Under the pieces are notes generated by a model. The model saw only the letters and a list, made by a program, of their open reading frames with translations, was not told the DNA's origin and made no database searches. 64,000 nucleotides of DNA from the NCBI RefSeq assembly GCF_009834535.1, contig NC_045697.1, positions 14,696,001 to 14,760,000 on the forward strand, given 5' to 3'. This DNA is from Camelus ferus (Eukaryota). Of this stretch, positions 50,271 to 62,600 are shown in pieces (within the stretch, counting starts at the first letter, position 1; every line of letters starts with the position of its first letter). A program made the translations under genes and the position numbers.

Positions 50271-51204
50271 AAATACTATAGAAAGGATAACATGGTGATG
50301 ATGACAATGATGGATATTGGCTCAAGTTTAGCTAATTTTTTTCCCAAATATAATAAACTTAAAATTTTTGTATTATGGGATTTACCTAGGTAGAATAATA
50401 GTCAGGGTGGCAGTTTCCCACTGTTTTTGTGTACCTTTAATTGAATTTGTTTTTCACTGAAGAATGCATTAAGCTGCCTTTTAATTCTCTCATAAGGATA
50501 ATGTCATATCCCATCTTTGACTAATCTCAGACCCTGAACGGGAAAGGTGAATTTTTAAAATCTCTTCTAGAGCTATTTTTATACCATCTATCCCATGGAC
50601 AACATAACAATCCTGCAGCTAAATTTTACAACACATTTTAAAAGGTCACTTTTAATGAATTGGGCTTTTCATGTATCAATCTTTCTACATTTACATTTTC
50701 TGGAACTTCAACAGCAGAGTTTTCTTAAGCTAACTGAATAAATACTCAAGTCTCAGTGTGTATTTTGAAATGACTATTTGCATAATAATGTTTTCAGAGG
50801 AAAACAGAGTCTCTGGCTGCATATAAACAGGTTCTACTGATCTTTTAATGGGACCAACTGAAACACAGAGGCCTTTAACATCAAACAGCACTCTCCTTTT
50901 TTATGAATGTCTGTGTAGAGATGCCATTTCCCATTCTAATCTTTTCTTACTTTAATACAAATACTACTATGTTTTCTTTCACTAATTAGCCATTAATGTT
51001 CCACAAAATTAATTTGGAAGACATAGATCACTGACAGAGTTCTAAATTAATGAGCTTGACTTGGTCTTGAGGGAGGTAGGGGAGAACAGGAAGTTATAGA
51101 CATGTGTTGGCCTCTGCTTCAATTAAGGAGAAGAGCATTTCTTTCATACATCACCTTTGAGCCTGTGGGATCTTTGAACCAAGGACTGACTGACTCATCG
51201 ATAC

Positions 51205-51725
51205 TTTCTGAACAACAATTTTACATCAAGCAATGTTTTAGGCATGGGGTGGGGATGGGAAGGCAGGAAATAAAAGAATGCACGAGTTACAGCAGTCCTT
51301 GTCCTGAAGGGGTTTACAGTCCGGTTGGGCAGTATGAATAAAAAGCAAGTGATTAAAGTCCAGTGTGCTAAGGGTTATGTCAGAGACAAGTTTGGGAGCC
51401 ATGGGATGACAACCAAGAATCACCTAGTCTAGGCTTGGGATTTGTAGTCAAGGAGAGCTTCCTGGGCAAAAGTCATGGGTAGTGCTAAGACGGGAAAAAT
51501 GAGGAGGGTAGACCTAGGGGATGGGGGGAGGGGGTGATGAGGAATATCTACCAGGTAGGAGAAACAGTGTATGCAAACATCCTCATACCAGCAGGATTTG
51601 TCTTGGTTAGGAACCTGCAAGTAGTTCAGTATAACTGGAACATAGAGTTTACGAGATGCTGTGTCAAGAGAGTAAATCAGAACAAGGAGCAGGAGCCTTG
51701 TACCCCTTGTTAAAGAGCCTGGCCA
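51205..51725 (-). mobile_element. L2 segment
   Basis: cagtccttgtcctgaaggggtttacagtc...agtcaaggagagcttcctgg...ggaacctgcaagtagttcagtataactgga. Confidence 0.8.
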
Positions 51726-51914
51726 CAGTTTTCTAGAGGGGGGTGGTATAATCACAACTTGGCTATGGTGAGGAAGGAAGATTAGAAAGCTGCTAAAAAG
51801 ATGGGGAAATATCTTAGAAGGTTGCTTGAATGATCTAAGTGAAACATGGTTTTCTAGTGATAGAAGACACAGAAGATGTATTGGGTCAAAAGATAATTGG
51901 GACATCTATGGAAT

Positions 51915-52055
51915 GGAGAGGGTAGATAGCTCAGTGATAGAGTGCATGCCTAGCATGTATTAGGTCCTGGGTTCAATCCTCAGTACCTCCATTAAGAAAA
52001 ATAAACCAATAAACCTAATTACCTTCCCCCTCAAAATAAAAGATTTAAAAAAAAA
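51915..52055 (+). mobile_element. tRNA-derived SINE, camelid Vic-1 type
   Basis: ggagagggtagatagctcagtgatagagtgcatgcctagcatg...ggtcctgggttcaatcctcagtacctcc...aataaacctaattacc...A-tail; Pol III A box about 51927-38, B box 51970-79. Confidence 0.85.
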
Positions 52056-52184
52056 GATCACTGAGATAACTAACAGAGTTTGATGACTGACTAGGTATTA
52101 TAGCTAGCACAAGTAGGAAGACTGCCTCAACCTGAACAAATTTAGTGAATCCATCTTTAAGTGTTTCACTGACTCCTTCATTCC

Positions 52185-52203
52185 CTTTTTTTTTTTTTTT
52201 TTT
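52185..52203. repeat. Poly-T run (about 18 nt)
   Basis: Directly visible. Confidence 0.85.
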
Positions 52204-52329
52204 AAGACTGGCCTGGGTGAAAACTGCCATGGCTCATATAAACCAAATTAGAAATTTTCAATAAGGAAAGAGAAAACAGATGGCTCAAAAGATAGAGGAA
52301 GAAAGAAAAGGAGGCTGCACGGAAAGAAC

Positions 52330-53210
52330 TGGGACTCGGGGCGGAGGGCGGTCAAAAGCTCAAATTAGGCACCGCCCGCAGCAGCCATATTGTCCTTGAT
52401 TTGGCATGGGACCTAAGAAGAAACAGTTTGGCAAGAGATCCTAAATTGAATGCACCTTAGTTCTGTCCTGTTACCCTTTATCAGTTTTGAGCAGAGCATG
52501 TTTGAGACTATCATGTTGGGTGCCTCACTCAATATCACTCAATAACTAAATCAGGTGGCTTAGCGTGAAATACTGGTAGTTCCCAGTAATATGGTTTGGG
52601 AACCAATTTTTAAATCTGGTCATCTTATTTTAATATATGAAAGTTGAGACATATAGAAGGTCCTTCTATGAGGTCATTAACCACCTATTTATTTATTTAT
52701 TTATGCATGCATGCATACATGCAACAGTACATGCAGGTTACGGTCAGACACTAATGATTCAGAGTGTTCAGTCTGGAAGATCCGTGACATAGCATTTCAT
52801 TCTTGCTTTGAGCAATCAGATGAATCTGAGACATTTGGTGTGCTCCTATTCTGCTCTTATTTTTCCAGGTTAGAATGGAGACAATCAGATAAAAAAGAAT
52901 TGCTTTTTCTTTTAAAATATCGAGCTCGCGGTCTAGGCAAAGCAAAAGCTGTTGGTAGTCGGTCAAAAACACTGATTCATGCTTTGAGGCACAGAATCTG
53001 AGGGGGATGTGGCGTTACTCGTGCAACTTGTGTTCATCTGCATTCTTAACATGCATTATTTACGATTTTCAGGGCGCCCGTGCTTATAAATAGTTCTTGG
53101 AAGCAGCTACACTAACACTGTCTGGAGGACTGATGGAGTCAGAAGGAGGCGCCTGGACCAGGACTTTTTGTCTTTGATCACAGGGGTGGGGGGAGAGGAG
53201 GTATAAACAT
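52330..53210 (+). promoter_or_regulatory. Candidate promoter/enhancer block (GC boxes, YY1-like, posterior-HOX, BRE-like, TATA/MEF2)
   Basis: GGGCGG at 52339 and 52346, CCGCCC at 52372, GCCATATT about 52384, TTTACGA 53059, GGGCGCC 53072, TTATAAATAG 53084; elevated CpG. Confidence 0.3.
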
Positions 53211-53649
53211 GAAAGTGGTCTTGGCCTCATCATCATTGTGTGGTGCTTTTAAACAGTGTCTCTAGAAGCCTAGGATCAATGGGAGAAATAAAATCTTTCT
53301 GTAAATAAAGCAGCAGGTTGCTAAAAGGCCCACAGCGAAAGAAAATAGGACAGAAACTATTGGTGAAAAGAGGAAAGGAAAAAAATTATCAAGTAGACTG
53401 CCAGTAATTTATTGAGAATGGGAAAGTAAATCATTTAGCAACCAACAAAAGCCTCTAGGATACAGCAAGGCAGAGAGGTAAAACCATCAGAAGCAAACAA
53501 AGAGTGTTTATGCTCTTTCTCCATCAGCATCCCAAACATTTCCCTTATTTTACTGTTGTTTAAAGAACCAGCATTACCCAGAAACTGTAAAATAAGAACG
53601 CCTCTTCTCAGTCAAGCGGCATTATTAAATCACTAGCTGTTTATCTTGA

Positions 53650-53890
53650 GGCAGTTCTACAGTGGTCAGGCACACAGTCTCAGAGGCGGACTGCTACGTT
53701 CCATTCCTAACTAGATACTTTTTGACATTTTTCTTAACGTCTCTGTGCCTTTGTTTCATCATCCATAATTCAGGATAATAGTAATACTTGCTGCACAGGC
53801 TGTTGGAAGAGAAAATGAGTTATTACATGAAAAGCACGGAGAATAGAATGTGGCATATTATAAATGCTGTATTGGAGTTGGCTATTATCA
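53650..53890 (+). mobile_element. Full-length MIR
   Basis: acagtggtcaggcacac...cttaacgtctctgtgcct...ggataatagtaatac...tggcatattataaatgct. Confidence 0.8.
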
Positions 53891-53924
53891 TTTGTTCATA
53901 TGTAAAAGCAACACTAAATTATGA

Positions 53925-54070
53925 TAATAACTAATATTTTTGAGTGCTCTCTGTGAGCTAGATATCTTGCTGAGCATTCTGTATGCAAGTATATCGTCAG
54001 ATTCTCACGGCAACCTATTAGATAGAATTATTATCATCCCCATTTTCCAGATTAAGAAATTCAGCAACAA
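53925..54070 (-). mobile_element. MIR 3' half, tail-to-tail with the preceding MIR
   Basis: ataataactaatattttttgagtgctctctgtg...attattatcatccccattttccagattaagaaa. Confidence 0.8.
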
Positions 54071-55249
54071 AACCCAAGCTAGAAGCTCTTTATCACCTCT
54101 TCAATATGAATTTTTATATTCCCTTTCCTAATAATTCACAATATTCCCTTCATCCTATAGAACGATTAAAGAAATGAATGTATTTTATGCATGTAAAAAA
54201 AGGGCTAAACCAAGGAAAGAAGAATTAAGGCAGGCTATTCTTATTTAATTCAGCTCAACAATTCATACCTCCATAAGCCCTGACACTGTTCTCATTGCAT
54301 TTCGCTTTAATGTCATTATTCTACCAGGTGACTTGTGAATATAAATATTTTATACAGATTCTTCTTTTGTGCCATTAGAATGATGAAGCATATATATGCT
54401 AATGGAATTCTGAGGTCCTCTGATTTTTCCTTTAGGGCCAATTATCAATTATCTACAGCACAGTTATTATAAGACTAAGCAAATCTCACTTGCATATTTT
54501 CCTAACAATATCACCTTTGTTTAGAAGAAGCATTTTAGTGGCAACAGCATTATGAATAACATGCCTAGATAACAGTGTCTCATTTCACTGTGTCATTGCC
54601 AAGGACAATACAGGAAGATTCTTAAGATGCTGCTTTGTTGACAATACAGTTGCCACTATTTATTTTTACTCTTAATTATTACTGATAGTACACCAAAAGC
54701 TGAAAAGGATAATTGAATAAATATTTCCCTCTTGATTTGACCTCCCCTAAGAAGTACATGATTCCTTTGACTCCACCCATATAATGCAAGTATCTGCCTC
54801 ACTACACCCCAAGTGCCCAAATAATCAGTCCATTTATAGACCTAATTTTAGAGAAGTTCCTTTCTACTGTGGATTGTTACTAATGAAAAGCATGTTGGGT
54901 GGAAGCAACATGATGCAATGGAGAGACTCCTGCTGAATTACCTCCCAAAGAAAGCCTGACTTCCTTCCTGCATTACCCCATCTCGGTGAAAGTCATTTCC
55001 ATCCAACCCGTCACTCAAGCCAAGAATCTGAGAGTCATCTTTCGACAGTGACAGTGAGAAAGGATGCCTCATGGCATCTGCATACTTCCTGTATTCTGTG
55101 ATTTGGATAACTGACATTTCTTCAATCTTAGACAGAATTCTACTCTAACAGATTTAAGACAAACCACGTAACATCCATTTCTACCCAAATTGTAGACCAA
55201 CTAAGCTCCACCTTTACTGAAAAGCTAAGGCTGCTACAGTTCCTCCAGC

Positions 55250-55525
55250 ATTTTCTCTCACTACACCAAACCCCTCTGGAGAGATGATTACTGTTTCAGT
55301 ATTTTACAGCTGCACCATGTAAGTACTTCTGTTGCACTTCTCACACTGTATGTACATATGCATGTCTGTCTGTCCATGTGCACGTGTGTGTATGTGTTTC
55401 TGTTAGACTGGAGCTCTCCACAGGCAAAGTCTTAATTTATATCTGAATTGCAAGTGTATAGCACAGTTCCTAGCACATGGTAGGACAGGGAGTGATCAAT
55501 AAATTTTTGCAGAGTAAATAGATGA
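55250..55525 (+). mobile_element. L2 3'-end fragment
   Basis: gcacttctcacactgta...ttagactggagctc...tagcacagttcctagcacatggtagg...tcaataaa. Confidence 0.75.
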
Positions 55526-56399
55526 TGGGTAAATTTGGAGAAATCATCTAACTTCTTCTCTCTGCTTAAATGTACTCTTTCATTTAACAAAAACTTATGA
55601 TAATGCATGCTCTAAAAAACAGATATTTTTGTAAAAATCAAACTAGAGAATATGTGTAAAAACCTTCTAAATGCCGTGAAGCACCATGCCAGTGGATGAA
55701 AGGTTAAATATTGTAGATATAATTAAGGAGGAATAAGGAAGGAAAACTACCCTTGAAAACTTTCCAAGATGTGTACTTCTGAGAAACCATGTGTCAGGTA
55801 ACAATCAACATTTGAGGAAAAGTTTAGGGAGTCTCATCACAGAGGGAAGAATCTTTATTTCTCCCTTTGGGATATGACATTTAACAAATTAATTTCGAAT
55901 CCTTTAAAACCAACAGAGCTAAGATGAAATTGAGAACACTTGTACTAATCACTTCCAACTTCAGTGTAGAAGGTTATATATCTAAAAGGTTACTACAATG
56001 GAAAAAATCAATTACTAAGGACTCCTAATGGGCTTTACTTAAAATAGCACAGAACTATGATGTCTTCAGTTCTAATGAAAATCACTGTATTTCCTCAAGT
56101 GCTGTGAATGACTTGGTAAATACACAGAGTCTCTCTAAGCACAGTATCTCAACATCTGCAGAACTCAGGAGCCCAAAGTCCAAATACTCCACGTCACAGC
56201 ATGAGTTTTAAATTTGTTGACCCCAGCAAGCTCCCTCAGCTGAAGTTTCTGCTCTTGGATGTCCCATTTCTGTTTGATTTCTAGAAAAGAGGAAGAGGAT
56301 TTTGCTTCAAAATCACTATGAAGATCGCTAATCTGATTTTTTGCCTTCTTTTAACAAGAGATTTTAAAATAAACTTTGGAAAAATTAAATATGAGAATC

Positions 56400-56765
56400 T
56401 AGATCCACAGGATGCCCAAATTCAAAGAAACTGATCATCAAATCTCATTGTACTCAACCCTGGGGCAGTTCCTAAAAGAAAACTGCCCTGCAATTAATAC
56501 TCAGAGCCTGCTGTCTAGGATGAAGCCCAGGATTCTGTATGTTGAGCTGGCACAGATTGATTCTGATATGCAGACTTCTGGGTCAGCATTTGTGTTTATG
56601 GATTTCTAGTTCAGCATTTTAATTTTATATAGGAGAACAATTGTGATACTAGGAGGACAAATGCTTTCCCCGGGCTCCCCAGAGTCTCACAGCTGTCTTA
56701 TGACAAAGCCATGATCATAGTCCAAGTCTTCCAACTTCCAGTTTAGTGCTCCTTACACTATGAGA
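56400..56765. mobile_element. MER5-like fragment (about 56400-56580) followed by a - strand MIR3-like fragment
   Basis: tgaagcccaggattctgtat...gattctgatatgcag; ttttatataggagaacaattg...ccaagtcttccaacttccagtttagtgctcc. Confidence 0.5.
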
Positions 56766-56989
56766 CACTGTGTTCTAGGTGGTCACGCTCCTGGGCATCC
56801 ATACTCAACATACGTGTTTTTGAGCTCTTATTAACCCCACTGGCCATCTTAGATCACAATGATAAACAAACGTACAAAGCAGGAAATCTGAACTCCCAGA
56901 TGCAGCCTAGTGGAATAGAGTGAACAAATGGGCACTCAAAATATCACAAGCATTCATACTTAGAGTTATAAAAGTTGTTAAAATAACTC

Positions 56990-57200
56990 CCATTTATTAG
57001 TAATCCTAGTATAGGCCAAGTCCAAGTGAAACACAGGAGAGGTCATGCAATCCTCTCAATAATCTTATGGGAGGTCACAAGTTGTTATTCTCTTTAAAGA
57101 TAAGAGGCGCTAAGAGAAGGTAACTCTAGTACAACTTGACAAGTAATATATGGCTGGGACAAGATTAAGACTCCAGCCTCTCTGATATTTCCACCATCCA
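56990..57200 (-). mobile_element. MIR
   Basis: ccatttattag...aatcctctcaataatcttatgggagg...tttaaagataagaggcgctaag...ggctgggac. Confidence 0.65.
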
Positions 57201-58460
57201 ACTTGTCTCCTTCTCCGTCCTGTTGTGAGGAAAGATAATTCAGGGGTGTGCATTTTTCATAAACTTTGAGAATGCTAAGTGCCTTAATCTCCGCTTGATG
57301 CACAAGGGAGCAGAATGACTTTAATGGCTGTTGACCCTCTCCCCACATCATTTGTGAACAGTGCCACTACACACAACCCAAATGGGACAGCCCACTACCC
57401 CAGGAAAGTAGTAATCACCATTAACAGCACACAGCCACCCTCCGCCAAGATCCTCAGGAAGCTGGAGAGGGTTGGTACAACTGCCTCCCATCTGTCCCTT
57501 AGCTCTTCTGGAGACCAGCAGTGAAGGAAGGGTGAGGAGTGCACAAGGCTGTGATAGCTATGGTGCCAGGGAAGAATTCTCTCCAAGCTGGGATTATAAA
57601 ACAGAATGAGCACGTCACTTACAAGTGAACATACATAGGTCTTCATCCTAAGCCAACAATCCTGGGAGTGAAAAATAATTTTTCCTTTCCAGGGAAAGTC
57701 CAAGATGTTTATGTTTCTTTTCCAAGTGTCATTTCATGTAAGAATAAACAGATCTGAAAGGGGCCCTGGAAGAAGCACAGAACAGAGGCTGGGAGCTGAG
57801 CTTGCCCTGGGTAATGATGAGACCTTGAGTTTGATGGCCTTGGGGAAGGCTCTGAGGGGAAGCAGCTTCTCCCATCCCTCTGCTCCCCCTTCCACACCTG
57901 CTCTGGGAGGCTTCATGGTCTGCAGCCACATGGGCCTGGATCTCAGTCCTTAACAGCCTTCGGCACGTCCCTAGAATCTGTACCATAGGGTTGTTGTAAG
58001 GATTAAATAAAATGTCAAGAGCTTGGTATGTATTTACTTCCTGAAAGTCATTAGTATTCCTTTCATTATCAAGTTACAATTATTACGTATTTGAAATCAA
58101 CAATCAGTTAATTATAGTCTATGAAAATACTTCTTTTATATTAATATATGAATTAAGATTTCAAATATAAAATGTGCCAGTGGTTTTATTTTTTGAAAAA
58201 AGATTTCAACAGTCTTTTATAAGCAAATGTGAAGTTTATTGCATAAACCCACAGTATCTTGGGTCGGGAAAGAAAGCCCACAAGGACACAATAGCCTGAG
58301 ATCCACAGAGTCAGGAGAGCAGAAGTCACAAGGAGCCCACGGGCATCATTCTGAGGCCTAGGGTTTACCAACCCCATCCATTTCTCAAAGGCCACAGAGG
58401 TCCCAGTGACACTTGGGTTGCATGTTGAAACATTAGCTATGGCCTCATCTGAGTCATGCT

Positions 58461-58893
58461 GGTTATGAGTTGAATTGCCTCCTGGCCACCAATATGTTGA
58501 AGTCCCAACCCCCAGTACTTGTGAATGTGATCTATTTGGAAATAGAGTCTGCTGATGATCAAGTTAAGATGAAGTCATTAGGGTGGACCCTAATCCAACA
58601 AAACAGTCCTTCTATGGAGAAGACATTTGGGCACAGAGATAGACACATGTGGAGGGAACATGATGTGAAGACACGTGGAGAACATCAACTACAAGCCAAG
58701 GAAGGCCTGAAGCTGCCAGAAGCTAGGAAAGAGGCAAGAAACAGATTCTGCCTCATAGGCCGCAGAAGCAAATCAACTCTTTAGCACCGTAATTTCAGAC
58801 GGCTAGCCTCCAGAACTGTGAGACAATAAATTCCTGCTGTTTGAGTCACCCAGTTTGTGGTACTTGGTTATGCAGATCTAGAAAACTAATACA
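58461..58893 (+). mobile_element. MLT1B/C-like MaLR solo LTR with TSD atgct/atgcc
   Basis: gttatgagttgaattg...tatgttgaagtcccaacccccagtac...gtcattagggtggaccctaatcca...gcctccagaactgtgagacaataaattcctgctg...gaaaactaataca. Confidence 0.93.
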
Positions 58894-59039
58894 ATGCCTG
58901 AGGGAAGATAGTGCCCACTGGGAATCTTAATTACAGCTAATCAAAATCACTTGAATTATCCCTTTTTGAGCACAGTTGCTAGATTTCTTATTGAGTAATC
59001 TCACTGCAATATTCATGTATCCATACATTTTTTAAAAAG

Positions 59040-59265
59040 CTAATTTTTATCAAATACTTACTGATCAAAGATCTTTATGTATATGGGCCATTTAATCCTC
59101 CATTCAATTGTTATGAGTCAGGAATTAGTATTATCCCCATTTTACAGGTGATAAAACTGAGAGGTAAGAACATTAAGCAATTTGCCTAAGGACGCAGGCT
59201 AGGAAGTGGCATAACTGCAGTTGTACCTGGGCAGACTGATGCCAGAGTGTGCATACTCACACACT
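59040..59265 (-). mobile_element. MIR
   Basis: catttaatcctc...tattatccccattttacaggtgataaaactgag...tttgcctaagg...ggaagtggc. Confidence 0.88.
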
Positions 59266-59409
59266 GGAGGGAATGCTGCCTTAGCAGGAATTAAATAAAC
59301 TTTTCCTGCATTTCCCTCAACTTCAATTCTATCAGCCTTTCAACAAAAGGTTGTGGGATGCTAAGCTTTCCTTTTTTAAATAAAACCACGCTGGCTGCTG
59401 GTGGTCAGA

Positions 59410-59500
59410 ATTCTCCTCCTTCCTGCTTCTTTCTTTCCTCCCATCCCCACCCTTTTCTCATTTTCTCCTTCCTTCTTTTCTTCCTTCCTTCCTTCCTCTT
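59410..59500. repeat. Polypyrimidine (CTTC/CTT)-rich low-complexity tract
   Basis: ttctcctccttcc...tccttccttccttcctc. Confidence 0.8.
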
Positions 59501-59931
59501 TAAGTGCTCAGTATAAAAAGAAAAAAAAATTATCATTTACACAATAAGAAATTTAGTTACAAACTTTGAATATGGAAATGCCATATTGTGATGTGTTCAC
59601 TTAGATACTTCTCAAATACTTACTCTTGGCTAGGAAAAAATATTAGGTGCTAAATTTAAAATTATGAGTAAGTTTCAGCCACCATACTTAAGGAAACTAC
59701 AGTTTAGTTACAGCAGAGTTTGCTAAGCCTAGGGAGAGCTGGGGAGCACAGGGAAGCATCTTGCCCAGATAACTGCTTCCCAACCTTAGTATTAGAGCAA
59801 GCACATGAATGCGCTCATGTCCTTTCAGTGAGATTCGGCATCATTTGATCCTAATAGTAGTGCACACAGTGTATTGGGTTTGAAGCTCTTCAACCTGACC
59901 TTGGACACTGCATTTTATCCATTTTATTCCG

Positions 59932-60415
59932 TGTAGTGAACACTGCTAGTTTTCTTATTCAATATCCTTCCCCCTTTCTTCCTTTCTAACAGAAGCCTGG
60001 TTTTGTTCAGAATGACAATGGCCCAGCTATAAACCTTAGCTTCTCAGACTCCCTTGCAACTAGAAATGGTTTTACGATATGGTTTTGGCCAAAGAAGTCT
60101 TCTAGGGACTTCTAGCATGTTTATTCATTTATTCATTCATTCATTTATTTTAATGTATCCTTTCCTCCTTCAATATTTCTTCTCCTTCCTGTCTGCAACT
60201 GGACATGGGATTGTAGTTGGAGCACCCATGTTGGGACTATGAGTCATAAATGTGGGTGATAAAAACCATACGCTAAGTGTGGTGTTGGTAAAGAGAGAAC
60301 TTGATCAGACCTTCACCCTTTTTAACTGAGAGGGAAGGAAAAAAGTCCCGTAGGATTAAGCAACTAGAGTTAGATTTCTGTTTCCCACAGCCTAATCCAA
60401 TTATCCAACTGATGA
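59932..60415 (+). mobile_element. MLT1J-like MaLR solo LTR
   Basis: tgtagtgaacactgctag...tttctaacagaa...ttttgttcag...cagactcccttgcaactag...ttggcca...gatttctgtttcccacagcc...aactgat. Confidence 0.75.
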
Positions 60416-60689
60416 ATGATAGGAAATCAGTTCTAGCCCCAGAGAAAAGACAGGAACATTTCAGGATCTTCTGATGAAATGGCTGAATTTTTAACTGAGC
60501 AGCCTAAAGTGAAAACCACTGATACACAAGGTCTGCTCAGCCACAGGTGATGCAATCCGCATGTTATTATCTCGTCTGAAATATTCATAGACAGCCCAGG
60601 ATGGACAGGCAGAGGCCAAACAAGCAATAAAAGGGATTCAGAGGAAACAGTACAGGGAGCAAAGGAAAATAAATTTTAAAAATATACTT

Positions 60690-62160
60690 GATAGCTTCAG
60701 ATAAAATTTTTAAAAAGGTCACAAAAATGGAACAAGAACAAGTAGCCATTGTAAAAGAAGCAATAAATAGACGAATAATGAAATGGTGGGAAATTTTTAG
60801 AAAATGTGTTAGCAGACATAAAAAGAAACCCACTAAAAAAGAGAAAAATAAATTTGAGAGATTCTTGCATAAAGAGATATAAAAGAAGTGCTGGAAAATA
60901 GGAGAGAAACAATTAAAAAATTACAAGATCAATTCAGAAGACCCAGTATCTGGCTAAGAGAAGTTGCAGAAAGAAAAAGGGAAATCAATGGTGGATAAGT
61001 ACATTTCAACCAAATAAAAATAACCCCCCGAGTTGAAAGCTTAGGTGTTCAGCTTGCAAAGACCCACCAAAGGCACAAAACAGTGAGAGGTAACAAACCC
61101 ACAGAGGGACACATGATTTGGAATTTCAGAATGCCAGGGATAAGGATAAAATGCTAACAGCTTCTAGAGGGGGAAAAAAGAAACTGTTTAAAGAATGACA
61201 GTGGACTTTTAAATAAGATACTGGAAGAGTGAAAAAGTAAAGCTTTAAAAATTCTAAGGGAAATTCTCCACCCTAGAATTCCAAACAATAGGTCACATAA
61301 AATGGCATTCTTTTGTTTTTAATTAAGAAAGAAAAATCTCTTTAAAAATATCTCTTTCTTTCTTAGAAAGTGATGGAGGACTCACTCCATTAACTAGATG
61401 AAGTAGCAAATAAGAAGAGGCCCTGAGCTACAACCCAAGAAAAAGCAAAAGGAATTCCAGGCAAGGGAATTCTTCATTAGACTCTAGAGCAAAGGCTTAT
61501 ACAGCAGATGGAGAGAATAAAAGCTGTACATCGGAACAAGAGGAGAGGGTTAAGGAGGAAAAATGGACTCAAGGGAATGCTGAATATGTCATCTATACTG
61601 AGAGGAGAATTACAGTTTGAGACTGAGATTGGGATTGGGAAGTTACACCTGCATAGAGTATTTAGCAAACTAAAAAAGAAAGAAGCCATTACTAACTCCA
61701 AGGAAAATGAGAAAGTAAAGCAACTGTTGTCTACTATCTTGAAGCACTCTGAACAGTATTACATAACCCTTGCTTGAATGTTGAGCGAAAACATTGGAAG
61801 AATGGAGGAGAGGACTTGAATGTAGACAAAGGGGTGTTGCAAGAGAGTTCCAGCCTCATGTTCTATACTAGGAAGACCATCGGTAATATCTGAAGTTCAA
61901 CAGTCAAGAAATATGAGTAAGAACATATTTATTACAAAAGTCCATAGTAGAAGAAACAGTGCAAAGGTTCAAAGACGTTGCATCTAGGGAGAAGAATTCA
62001 AAAGGAGTGTCTTGAGTGGCTGGTTTTTGGTTTTTCAGCTTATCTGTGTGCTCTTCTGTTACAAGGGAGGGTCACAGACTTTAAGGCACACTTCTATTTT
62101 ATTATATTTTACTTCATTGACCGTTTTGATGAAAGTGAATATGAAATAAAACTATTTGAC
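60690..62160 (+). mobile_element. HAL1 (Half-L1)-like / old L1M ORF1-containing element, decayed
   Basis: aaaaattacaagatcaattcagaagacccagtatc...gaagttgcagaaag...tttcagaatgccagggataagg...gctttaaaaattctaaggg...cctagaatt (ORF1-like), followed by a HAL1-type 3' region with no ORF2. Confidence 0.7.
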
Positions 62161-62359
62161 TTTGGATTTACCTTTTGAAAAATAATCATGTGGTATTGGC
62201 CTACTGTTTCATCATATATAATTTTTTAAATGTCACATGTATCAGAGGCTAATTCTAGTTTTTCACCACTATGGGTGTGCAGAACATACTTTCTACACCT
62301 TTATCAGATTATGTCCCTTCTATTTTATGTCCTTATTATACTCTAGGTTCTGTGACTCA

Positions 62360-62600
62360 TTTATCCACACATTCAGTCATTTGCTCTTCAAATATTTATT
62401 CAGGCAGCACCAGTCTAGGCACTGGGGATACAGCAGAGGACATAACAGACAAAATTCTGCTGACATCAAGCTTTTATTTTGAGTGTGTCAGGACACTGTG
62501 ACCTTGGCCAAGTCATGTAATCTATTTGTGCTTTGGATTCCTCATCTTTAAAATGGGTAAAATATTACTTGCCCATTCTTTCAAAAGTGAATTTTGAGGA
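62360..62600. mobile_element. L2 tail (-, about 62360-62480) and MIR core (+, about 62495-62600)
   Basis: caaatatttattcagg...ctaggcactggggatacagcag; ctgtgaccttggccaagtca...cctcatctttaaaatggg. Confidence 0.8.

Noticed and set aside
51921..51990. tRNA gene
   Set aside because: A and B boxes are present, but the sequence has SINE-specific flanks and tail and no proper acceptor stem; called as a SINE.
53113..53136. taacactgtctgg matches the first 13 nt of miR-141/miR-200a-3p
   Set aside because: The 3' half diverges and there is no complementary 5p arm nearby, so no pre-miRNA hairpin can form. Treated as coincidence.
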